64,000 bases of DNA from assembly GCA_046349895.1 (NCBI GenBank), contig JAXMBJ010000006.1, positions 3,092,051 through 3,156,050 on the forward strand, given 5' to 3'. Shown one piece after another: positions 12,980 to 21,354 of this stretch. The notes below the pieces were generated by a model. The model made no database searches. It saw nothing but the letters and a program-made list of their open reading frames with translations, and had not been told where the DNA came from. The number at the start of each line of letters is the position of its first letter. The first letter of the stretch is position 1. The stretch is from Pirellulales bacterium. GTDB lineage: Bacteria > Planctomycetota > Planctomycetia > Pirellulales > Pirellulaceae. A program made the translations under genes and the position numbers.

Positions 12980-15900
12980 CTATTTCAGAAATTCCCAATC
13001 GACGTCGGTGCGGGTTGTCAGTCGGCCGGCCACATCGAGGAGCTCATTGCGGCTGCCGATCAGCGACGCGGTGACGTTGCGCAGCGGGGCCTGTTCGAGC
13101 TCACAGCACAGGACGGTCGGCCCAGCCGACTCGTCAATCTCGACCACAGTTCCGTCGAGTTGCTCGGCGAGTATCTTGGCCAGCGCGGTGCGATCGGCAC
13201 CGGCGGGACCACACAAGAGGAATCGGACGGCTCCGCCACAGTGGGCTACCAGCGGCAGACTATCCGAGATCAACTGCGCGATGCGTTCGGGCGAATAGGT
13301 CGTCGTCGCATCGCGAGGCCGGCCGTCGACTTCGATCCGCCATTCGGCATTCACCCACCGTCGGGCGATCACTTCGGCCTCGCCCGCCAGCCAGTCCAGC
13401 TCACGCCCATTAGTCAACAGAATGCGGGTCAACGGGTGCTGAGCCTGCTGGCACCGTTCCCGCACTCGTTGCCACAGTCGATGCACGTTGCGAGTCTGTG
13501 CTGACGCGTCGCCCGACGATCCGTCGGCGGGCGAAATCCCGTTGACTCGGTCGCCGTATCGGTTGCAGAGCTGCGAGAGGGAGAGTCGCAGTCGTTCGAG
13601 CAGATCCGAGATGACGTTTTCCATCTGCAGCAGGCATGAGGCCACGCTGCGTCGCCACACCTGCGCCACACGCTGATCGAGGTAAGCGGCCAGTTGATGG
13701 ACCAGCGACTCATGCCATTCGTCGTCGGCGACTTGCTTGGGCCGCTCGGTCCAACGACCGCCGGAGAGCCATGACGTGCGGAAGTTCTCGGCAATCATCG
13801 CCGCTGCGCGAGCCTCTTCCTCCAGCGTACGTCGCAGCCCTGAGATATGACTGATCGCCGCCTGCCCCAGCATGCGGACTTCCAACAGATCTTCCTGCGG
13901 GTCATCAATCAGACTTTCCAGCGTCTGCTTGATCTGCAGGCAACGTGATTTGGTCGGCTCGGTAAGTTCCGCGTGGAGGATCTCCAGCAGACTGCGCTGG
14001 CCGGCGGGTTGAGCGACGGTGAGGCGGGTGAGTCCCATCAGGGCGTCGAAATGGGCGAAGGTGTCTTCCCAGTAACTTGAACCGAGATCGCCGGCTGATT
14101 GAGCGGCCCCGTTTTCGACCGAAGTCATGGCCAGCAACCGCAGACACTCACCGCTCTGCCCGCCAAAATGCCGATCGGCGATTTGGCGCGTCGCTTCGGC
14201 CCAGTAGCTCGTTTCGAGGTCCAGCTGCCGCATCCACACATCGCACGGATGCCGTCGTCGCATGGCCGCGCGCGGGTCGCCAGCTTCTGCGCGGCCATCG
14301 TCGCTGGAATTTGACATGGCACCCCGCGGTGAATTGCCAGAAGATGTCGGTGCGGGGGTCCCCAGCAGCATCGACCAGAGACGATAGCAGAGCTGATCGG
14401 CCTGGCGGTCGAGCGATTGATCTTGCTGGCTGCTGAGCGATACCAGACCGAAACTGCGCACCTGACGGCGAGACAGGCTCAGCCCATGGAGCTGAGTCTC
14501 CGCTGTGCGAGCCCGATCGAGGTATTCGGCCGAATTGCCGGCAATCGCTCGGTAGATGTATTCCGCCAGCTGGTTCACGCCGGTGAGCTGACCGAGCCCT
14601 TCGGGCGATTGGTGCAGATACGTGAAGTACAGATGGGAAAAGGTGGCGTGATCGGTCCACCGAGCTGCCATACCTTTCTGCGGGTCACCCGGATAGCCCG
14701 ACCCTGGCGCACTGTAGTGCTCGATCTCCTTGAGACATACGTAACTGTTGGCCGCCGCGATGTCATGCCCCTGGCTCGAGCGTCCTGGCGTATGGACCAG
14801 GATTCCGCACAAGTCGTCGGGCGGGAGACCGAGCTCATCCAAGAGTGAGCGGATCCCGTAGGCCACATCGGCGACCATGCCGCTTCCCGATCCCCCAGTC
14901 GTCGATGCGATGACAAAGACGCGCGGCCCGACCGGCGCGGCCAGCTTCAAAGTCTGCTCCGAGGGCGAGGTCGTGGAATCGGGCGAATTCACGGCGCTCA
15001 TCAGAGCAAAACGAAGCCGCTCGACGACGCTGGGCCAGTGATCGACAAGTGCCAGGCGTCCCAGCGGCCGAATCGATTCAGTCCGCAGGGATCGGGGAAT
15101 ATTGAACAGCCAACGACGGTTGATCCAGTTCAGCAGTTTGCTGGAATGGCGGCGATAGTCGGCCGTCGTCCGCAGCGGGATCGCCAAGGTCTGTTGATCG
15201 AGGAGCGTACTGGCAGCCGTACCGCGACAGGCTGAAGCCAATGAGCCGGCGTCGGTGTCGATGGCGAGCAGTTGGAGCCAGGGTGTGTCTTCGCTGGGAC
15301 CACAACCGACCTGCACTCGGGCTCGCAGTTCCTGCACGACGCGAGTGCCGAGTCCACCGAGTCCGACGACCAGCGTCGGGCGGGGCTTCGGTCGACGTTC
15401 GCTATCAGCGTGGGCTCCCTCACCGATCCCCGACTCGGGCGCCGGCAAATCACATAATTTCACAAGCTTGCCGGTATGCAGCAGCTTCGTGCGGTCCTCG
15501 TCCACTGGCAGATCTTCCAGTGGAGCCAGGACCGGAGTGGCGGTCGAGCCAGTGGTAATCAGACGGCTGGTGCTTCCCGCTCCGCTGGCGGTCCGCAAAG
15601 CTTCGACCATTTCACCACAGCTACCGAATCGGCGACCGGGCTCCTTGGCCAATGCCTTGGCAATCACCGGCTGGTCAGCCAGCGGCAGTGTCGTCAGGAC
15701 GGGAGGACTTTTCAGATGCTGAGCGGCCAGCTGAGCGGCTGTGCGGCCAGTAAATGGCGGGACGCCGGTCAGCATTTCCTGGTACACCACCGCCAGACTG
15801 TACTGGTCGCTGTTCATGTCGGGACGACCGTCGAACAGCTCGGGGGGAGCGTAGAGTGGAGTGAGCCCGGCGACCAGCGAGACATTGGTCTCTTCGAGGT

Positions 15901-16402
15901 CCTTGATCAACCCGAAGTCGGCGACTTTGATATGGCCGCCATTGAGGAGCAGGTTTTCGGGTTTGACGTCGAGATGCTGGAGTCGGAAGTTGTTGCGGAT
16001 GAAGTCGAGCGAATCGGCCGCATCGGCCAGATACCCGATCAGCTCCCGTCGTGGTATGCCCGGGAGGCCCTCCTGCCGGCAAGCCAGGAACCGTCGTTTC
16101 AGACACGATTCGGCAAATTCCGTAACGATCAGCAGTCGGTTGTCGACGACTTCAATCCGCTCAATCGACAGCAAGAACGGATGCTGGACGGTCTTGACGC
16201 GGTTGAGCGATTTCAGTTCTCGCAGCGCACATCGATCCTGCACGCCGCCGTAGATGATCTTGACCGCCTTCACCAGATCACCGGGCGCCGAGGCCTTCCA
16301 CACCTCACCGTACCCGCCGCTGCCGATAATGCGTTGCAGCACGTAGCCCGGTATCGGCTCGTCGCCTTCAGCAAATCGTCCGATGGAAGCCGTCAAGACC
16401 AT
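12980..16402 (-). CDS. Ser/Thr protein kinase fused to a tubulin/FtsZ-like GTPase-signature domain and a long helical C-terminal region (1140 aa)
   Basis: Kinase motifs: GSGGYGEVWKA, AVKII (Lys), HLDVKPENLL, VADFGL, LYAPPE (aa about 20-270). Then LVVGLGGLGTRVV (T1-like) and VIASTTGGSGSGMVADVAYG, which resembles the tubulin GGGTGSG T4 signature (aa about 340-520). ATG at 16402 verified, 5 nt after the stop of the upstream AAA+ gene. Confidence 0.85.
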   Translation of the reverse strand: MVLTASIGRFAEGDEPIPGYVLQRIIGSGGYGEVWKASAPGDLVKAVKIIYGGVQDRCALRELKSLNRVKTVQHPFLLSIERIEVVDNRLLIVTEFAESCLKRRFLACRQEGLPGIPRRELIGYLADAADSLDFIRNNFRLQHLDVKPENLLLNGGHIKVADFGLIKDLEETNVSLVAGLTPLYAPPELFDGRPDMNSDQYSLAVVYQEMLTGVPPFTGRTAAQLAAQHLKSPPVLTTLPLADQPVIAKALAKEPGRRFGSCGEMVEALRTASGAGSTSRLITTGSTATPVLAPLEDLPVDEDRTKLLHTGKLVKLCDLPAPESGIGEGAHADSERRPKPRPTLVVGLGGLGTRVVQELRARVQVGCGPSEDTPWLQLLAIDTDAGSLASACRGTAASTLLDQQTLAIPLRTTADYRRHSSKLLNWINRRWLFNIPRSLRTESIRPLGRLALVDHWPSVVERLRFALMSAVNSPDSTTSPSEQTLKLAAPVGPRVFVIASTTGGSGSGMVADVAYGIRSLLDELGLPPDDLCGILVHTPGRSSQGHDIAAANSYVCLKEIEHYSAPGSGYPGDPQKGMAARWTDHATFSHLYFTYLHQSPEGLGQLTGVNQLAEYIYRAIAGNSAEYLDRARTAETQLHGLSLSRRQVRSFGLVSLSSQQDQSLDRQADQLCYRLWSMLLGTPAPTSSGNSPRGAMSNSSDDGRAEAGDPRAAMRRRHPCDVWMRQLDLETSYWAEATRQIADRHFGGQSGECLRLLAMTSVENGAAQSAGDLGSSYWEDTFAHFDALMGLTRLTVAQPAGQRSLLEILHAELTEPTKSRCLQIKQTLESLIDDPQEDLLEVRMLGQAAISHISGLRRTLEEEARAAAMIAENFRTSWLSGGRWTERPKQVADDEWHESLVHQLAAYLDQRVAQVWRRSVASCLLQMENVISDLLERLRLSLSQLCNRYGDRVNGISPADGSSGDASAQTRNVHRLWQRVRERCQQAQHPLTRILLTNGRELDWLAGEAEVIARRWVNAEWRIEVDGRPRDATTTYSPERIAQLISDSLPLVAHCGGAVRFLLCGPAGADRTALAKILAEQLDGTVVEIDESAGPTVLCCELEQAPLRNVTASLIGSRNELLDVAGRLTTRTDVDWEFLK

Positions 16403-16407
16403 ACGGG

Positions 16408-17841
16408 TTACTGCTCAACAGGGATGTTCATCGAAGAGCCGGTAGTTGAGTCGAACACGATTGTGGCCGGCGTTGCGCGCGGACCGGTCGTTACGGCCGG
16501 ATTGGCAACCAGTCCGGGCCGACGCAAGACCAGAGTGAAATAACTCTGCGCAATGCGGTCGAAGATCTCGGGAGTCATCCGCAGCGGCAGATCGTGATAG
16601 ACGCAGTAGTTCTTGATCTGAGCCAGGATGTCGCGCGGGTGGCACCGCCGCAGCGGGCGACCTGCCTGACGGTAATGTCGAGCCAGGAGATGTTCGACAG
16701 CCGAGTGGTTGTACTCGAACCCTAACCCCTCCGCATAAATGCGAAACAGCTGATGGAATTCTTCCTCGCTGGGGTCAACGATCTCAATCTTGTACGGAAT
16801 CCGCCGCAGGAAGGCCTCGTCCACCAGATCACTGGGCTCCAGATTGGTCGAGAAAATGATCAGCTGTTCGAAGGGGACCTGAATCTTCTTGCCGGTCGAC
16901 AAGGTCAGGAAATCGTGCCGATTCTCCAGCGGGATGATCCAGCGATTCAGCAGCTCGGCCGGCGCCACACGCTGACGGCCGAAGTCGTCGATCAGCAGGC
17001 AGCCACCGTTGCTCTTCAATTGCAACGGCGCCTCGCTGAGGTTGCTGCGCGGATCATGCCGGATCTCCAACGCATCCATCGTCAGTTCACCGCCGACCAC
17101 CACCGTGGGACGTTTGATGCGCACCCACCTCCGGTCGTAGTCCTGAATCCGCAGCTTCGCCGACGCCGACATCTCCACTTCCTGGTGATATGACGTATCG
17201 AACAGCTTGATCAACTGCCCATCGTCCGACACCACCCTGGGAATCCAGATCTCCTGCCCGAAGCAGACCGTCAGGCGTCGAGCCAGGGTCGATTTGCCAT
17301 TGCCCGGAGCTCCATAAAGGAACATCCCGGCACCCGAGTTCACAGCGGGGCCCAGCAACTCGAACAGCTGAGCGTCCACAGAGACGCCCTGCAGTGCGGC
17401 TTCCAGCTGCTCGCGCCGCACCGTCTCGGCGCTGATCGCCTGAGCTTCGACGGAAATCACATAGTCCATCAACGGCACAGGAGCCGGCCCCACGTAACTG
17501 CTGGCCCGCTGAAAACTCTGAGCATACTGGCGACCGCGTTCGGTCAACGAGTAGTAGTAGTCGTTGAACGGAGCCGATCCGGCGTGGACGATTACCTGAC
17601 GCGTCCGGAGACTGCCGAGCATTTTCTCGGTGATCTGGAAGGGGAGCGCCAGCTGAGCAGAGAGCTTGCGACCGCTGCACGTTCCGCCCACCAGGAGATG
17701 TTTGCAAACGAGGGACTCGACCAGGGACTCTTCGAGCCCGGTTTCGGCCAGTGTTTTCGGTTCTGCCGGCCAGAACGTTTCGTCGGCCAGCAGCGACGTC
17801 AACAGACCATGGTCGATCTCTTGTGTGTCGATTACGGTCAT
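16408..17841 (-). CDS. AAA+ ATPase (MoxR/AAA_5-like) with N-terminal winged-helix-like region
   Basis: Walker A GAPGNGKSTLARRL, Walker B CLLIDDFGRQ, sensor-1 IIFSTNLEP. ATG at 17841 verified (MTVIDTQ). Confidence 0.8.
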   Translation of the reverse strand: MTVIDTQEIDHGLLTSLLADETFWPAEPKTLAETGLEESLVESLVCKHLLVGGTCSGRKLSAQLALPFQITEKMLGSLRTRQVIVHAGSAPFNDYYYSLTERGRQYAQSFQRASSYVGPAPVPLMDYVISVEAQAISAETVRREQLEAALQGVSVDAQLFELLGPAVNSGAGMFLYGAPGNGKSTLARRLTVCFGQEIWIPRVVSDDGQLIKLFDTSYHQEVEMSASAKLRIQDYDRRWVRIKRPTVVVGGELTMDALEIRHDPRSNLSEAPLQLKSNGGCLLIDDFGRQRVAPAELLNRWIIPLENRHDFLTLSTGKKIQVPFEQLIIFSTNLEPSDLVDEAFLRRIPYKIEIVDPSEEEFHQLFRIYAEGLGFEYNHSAVEHLLARHYRQAGRPLRRCHPRDILAQIKNYCVYHDLPLRMTPEIFDRIAQSYFTLVLRRPGLVANPAVTTGPRATPATIVFDSTTGSSMNIPVEQ

Positions 17842-18113
17842 GGAAGACCTCAACTTTCCAGTGGCATCCTGCCCTGACGCATGCCCCGCGAGAACGAGGC
17901 AAACCAGCCAATTGTAGGTCAGAATCCACGATGTTCGGCCCAGATCTTCTCCCCCCACGCCCACCACTTATTGCCGACGTCGGAACACTTCGATCGCGTC
18001 AATCGGTACGAACCACACGACCGGTACAAGCCGGCCGCCGTGGGTCAAATCGACAGCCCATCTGCGATCGCGGCGCACATGGGCAAAATCCGAACTAGAC
18101 TTCCCCCGGGAAC

Positions 18114-19322
18114 GTGAGTGTTGGATCGGCTCCTGCGCGATGGCAATGTATGACCGGTTACCCTGCCCTCGAAACTCAACATGGTTCGGCGAACGAACAC
18201 CCTCGCGGAAATAGCTCGGGTGTACGCTCCGGCGTGACCGATTACGGCCACTGTTGGGTCTGGTTCCTGTCAGGCCAGACTGCGGAAACGGGGACCGTGC
18301 GCCATATTCCCATCCACGCCAGCCCTTTTGTGATCGGTCGCCGCAACGAAACAACCCTCTGTCTGCCCAGCCCCACCGTCTCAGGACTACACGCCGAGAT
18401 CGTCGAACTGGGCGATCAGCTCTATCTGCGAGATCTGAACAGCACCAACGGGACCTACGTCAACGGCCAACGGATTCGCGAGCCGATCGCACTGCAACCA
18501 GATGACCTGGTGCAGATCGCCAGTTTCGCGTTCCGGGTCAGCCGGCAATCGGCCGACGCCAGCGCCAAGACCGTGGCAGAGAACGTCTGCGACAAGGCAC
18601 TGGCTCTAGTTCAATTCGACAAGATGATGACCGAGCGAGCCGTCCTCCCCTTCTACCAGCCCATTATCGATCTGCAGTCGGGGACCACTATCGCTTTTGA
18701 AGTCCTGGGACGCAGCCCCTTCTTTGGCCTGGAAACCCCGGCCGCCATGTTCTACGCCGCCTCGCAGCTCGATCTGGAAGTTGAGCTGAGCAACATGTTT
18801 CGGTGGGAGGGGATCAGCCTCTGCGCGGCTGTCGCCCCCCAGATCCACCTCTTCGTCAACACGCACCCGGCCGAAATGCAGAAAGAAGGCCTGGTGCAAT
18901 CGATGCGAGCCGTGCGGGAGGTGAGCCCCGAGCAGCCCATTACGCTGGAACTGCACGAAGCGGCCGTCACCGACGCTCCTGCCATCAGCCGCCTCCGCAA
19001 TGAACTGGCCGCCATCGACGTCAAACTGGCCTACGACGACTTCGGCGCCGGCCAGACACGCCTCGTCGAACTGATCGAAGTCCGACCCGACTACCTGAAG
19101 TTCGACATGAACTTGATCCGCGATATCGACCGGGCCGGCGAACAGCGTCAGCGAATGCTCGCCACCTTGGTTCAGATGACCCGCGAACTGGGAATCGCCG
19201 CTATCGCCGAAGGGGTCGAAACCCCAGGCGAAGCCGACACCTGCCGCCAGCTCGGCTTCGACCTCGGCCAAGGTTTCCATTTCGGCTGGCCCGCGCCCAT
19301 CACCTACCTCGCCCGACGCTAG
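18114..19322 (+). CDS. FHA domain-EAL domain protein (putative c-di-GMP phosphodiesterase)
   Basis: FHA: FVIGRRNETTLCL...SGLHAEI...NSTNGTYVNG. EAL domain: FEVLGR (EVL variant), DDFGAGQT, YLKFDMNLIRD, AEGVET, QGFHFGWP. GTG at 18114, or ATG at 18150. Confidence 0.8.
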   Translation: MSVGSAPARWQCMTGYPALETQHGSANEHPRGNSSGVRSGVTDYGHCWVWFLSGQTAETGTVRHIPIHASPFVIGRRNETTLCLPSPTVSGLHAEIVELGDQLYLRDLNSTNGTYVNGQRIREPIALQPDDLVQIASFAFRVSRQSADASAKTVAENVCDKALALVQFDKMMTERAVLPFYQPIIDLQSGTTIAFEVLGRSPFFGLETPAAMFYAASQLDLEVELSNMFRWEGISLCAAVAPQIHLFVNTHPAEMQKEGLVQSMRAVREVSPEQPITLELHEAAVTDAPAISRLRNELAAIDVKLAYDDFGAGQTRLVELIEVRPDYLKFDMNLIRDIDRAGEQRQRMLATLVQMTRELGIAAIAEGVETPGEADTCRQLGFDLGQGFHFGWPAPITYLARR

Positions 19323-19337
19323 ACGACGCCTCTTCCT

Positions 19338-19702
19338 CCCTTGTGGTGCGGGCGTCTCGCCTGCCTCGCGTCTCGCCTGCCTCCGCGCCTCCGCGTCTCT
19401 ACTCCTCCCTTGTGGTGCGGGCGTCTCGCCTGCCTCCGCGTCTCCGCGTCTCTCTTCCTCCCTTGTGGTGCGGGCGTCTCGCCTGCCTCGCGTCTCTCTT
19501 CCTCCTCCTCCTGCTCCTTTCTATGCCCCTTTCCGAAGCTCCTCTTTCTTCAGTTGCCAGACAACTTCTGGCCAGGAGAATCCCCCAACAGCTGCCAGAT
19601 CCAGGCAGGCGGGACGCCTGCACCACAATACAAAGGCAGGCGGGACCCCTGCACCACAATACAAAGGCAGGCGGGACGCCTGCACCACAATGTGTGGGCA
19701 GG
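19338..19702. repeat. Cluster of palindromic GGCAGGCGGGACGCCYGCACCACAA-type repeats: three copies in one orientation (19338-19500), then three tandem 31-bp copies in the opposite orientation (19614-19706)
   Basis: Direct reading of the sequence. Each unit holds a short hairpin (CAGGCG-GGA-CGCCTG). The same unit recurs at 56201-56228 and 57348-57512. Located between convergent genes. Confidence 0.8.
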
Positions 19703-19706
19703 GAGA

Positions 19707-21068
19707 TCAATCGAGCGATTTGATCTGGATATTGCGGAATTCGACCGGGTCGTTGTGACCGGCCAGACCGAAGTGGCCGCGAGTCCGATCCTTGCCAGGG
19801 TGAGGCGAATTGGCCATGTACTGATCAATCTTCGACAGATCGGTTTTGAGGATGACCGTACCGTTGAGCTCCACCTGGATCGTCGAACCCTTGACGGTCA
19901 CTTCCTGGTAATTCCATTCGCCGGTCGGACGGAGGTAACCTCGAGCGGCGGCGGCCATGCCATACGCCGAACCGTGGTACTGGCGCGCGTCAAGCTCTTT
20001 GTAGTTGGGATGATCATTGTCCAGAATCTGGAGCTCGCACATCCCTACATAAGCCGTATCGCCTTGGCCGGGATACCGAATGGCCAAGCCGTTATTGCCT
20101 GAAGGCGGGAGCTTGAATTCGAACTTCACCACGAAGTCGCCGTATTCGCCGTCGGTGTAAATCGTCCCGCCCTTGCCCGGCTTGCAGCGCAAAGCCCCGT
20201 CGTTGATTTCGTATTCGTCGACGGGCCCTTTCCAGCCCTTCAGCCCACTCCCGTCAAACAGCTTCTGAAAGCCTTCGGTGGTGATCCCCGCCAGAATCTG
20301 ATTGGCTTCTTCAGCGGGAATCTCACGGATGAAAATATTCCGCCAGCGAATCTCACCGCCGTGCGTCTGCAACTGGAACGGTCCGCGCGCCATCAGCGGT
20401 TGCGACCGATCCCAGAAGTTCTCCATCGGAGCGTTATCGACGACCAGCTTGCCGTTGAGCCACACACTGGTTCGAGCGCCGACCTGACGGATCCGAAACC
20501 GATTCCACTCACCAAACGGCTTGTCCGCCAGCTCGGACGGATCTTTTCCGGGCGCCCCGGGGCTGTTGTTCCACAAACCACCGGAACCCTTGTCAGCACC
20601 GATATCCCACTTGCCACCTTCCTTGCGCCAGTCCCAGATCTGGACTTGCGGGTTGGCCCGCAGATAAATGCCACTGTCGGCCAGCGGGACGGTCTTGTAG
20701 TCAATCCACAGCTCATAGTCGCCGTAATCGGCGTCGGTCGTCAAATAGACTCCATCACCGTCATTCACCAGCTCGCCATTCTCCACGCTCCAGTGGCGCC
20801 GCATGTCCTCGTCGTCCGCGGCCCGCTTGGCCTGCCGCTGCTGGTCGTTCATCGCCGCCAGCTCGCGCGGATCGAAATGCCCCATGCCGTGCCACCCCGT
20901 CAGGTCGCGGCCATTGAACAGAGCCCGAAACCCGGCCGGCGGCTGGTTGTTTTCCTGAGCCGCTGTGGATGAGACCAAGCACAGCCCCAAAGCGAGGATC
21001 CACAAAGGTCGCGACCCGCAGCGAGCGAGCGACCGACACAGGCTGATTGAATCTGAGCAGCTGGTCAT
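19707..21068 (-). CDS. secreted protein with two DUF1080 (3-keto-disaccharide hydrolase-like) domains
   Basis: Signal peptide PLWILALGLCLVSSTAAQE. Repeated blocks (NGELVNDGDGVYLTTDADYGDYEL... and GGTIYTDGEYGDFVVKFEFKLP...) are typical of DUF1080. ATG at 21068 verified. Confidence 0.75.
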   Translation of the reverse strand: MTSCSDSISLCRSLARCGSRPLWILALGLCLVSSTAAQENNQPPAGFRALFNGRDLTGWHGMGHFDPRELAAMNDQQRQAKRAADDEDMRRHWSVENGELVNDGDGVYLTTDADYGDYELWIDYKTVPLADSGIYLRANPQVQIWDWRKEGGKWDIGADKGSGGLWNNSPGAPGKDPSELADKPFGEWNRFRIRQVGARTSVWLNGKLVVDNAPMENFWDRSQPLMARGPFQLQTHGGEIRWRNIFIREIPAEEANQILAGITTEGFQKLFDGSGLKGWKGPVDEYEINDGALRCKPGKGGTIYTDGEYGDFVVKFEFKLPPSGNNGLAIRYPGQGDTAYVGMCELQILDNDHPNYKELDARQYHGSAYGMAAAARGYLRPTGEWNYQEVTVKGSTIQVELNGTVILKTDLSKIDQYMANSPHPGKDRTRGHFGLAGHNDPVEFRNIQIKSLD

Positions 21069-21130
21069 GAGCGTGTACTTTCTTTTCCAGAAGGCGGGAA
21101 TTCGATCAACGCGGTGGGCATGGCAGACAG

Positions 21131-21181
21131 TGATCGTTCGGACTGAGTGACCGTTCGGACTGAGTGACCGTTCGGACTGAG
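21131..21181. repeat. 3 tandem copies of a 17-bp unit TGACCGTTCGGACTGAG in the divergent promoter region
   Basis: Read directly: tgatcgttcggactgag, tgaccgttcggactgag, tgaccgttcggactgag. Confidence 0.7.
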
Positions 21182-21354
21182 CGATCGGCCGCCACGCCGG
21201 CGGGACCGACATTCTAGTGGATGGCCCACCCCGCCGCCACTGTCGACCGTAGCCGGGAAATAGCCGAACCGTTAGACTGCCCGATTGTCCTGAGGATGGA
21301 CCAACGGACACCATTTCGAGGAACTGGCCCCGAGCGGGCTCAGCCAAAACTCTC

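Noticed and set aside
19338-19702. Possible CRISPR array (also considered for 57348-57512)
   Set aside because: Units are either directly tandem with no unique spacers, or irregularly spaced (69/53 bp). The same unit occurs in inverted orientation nearby. No cas genes in the window.
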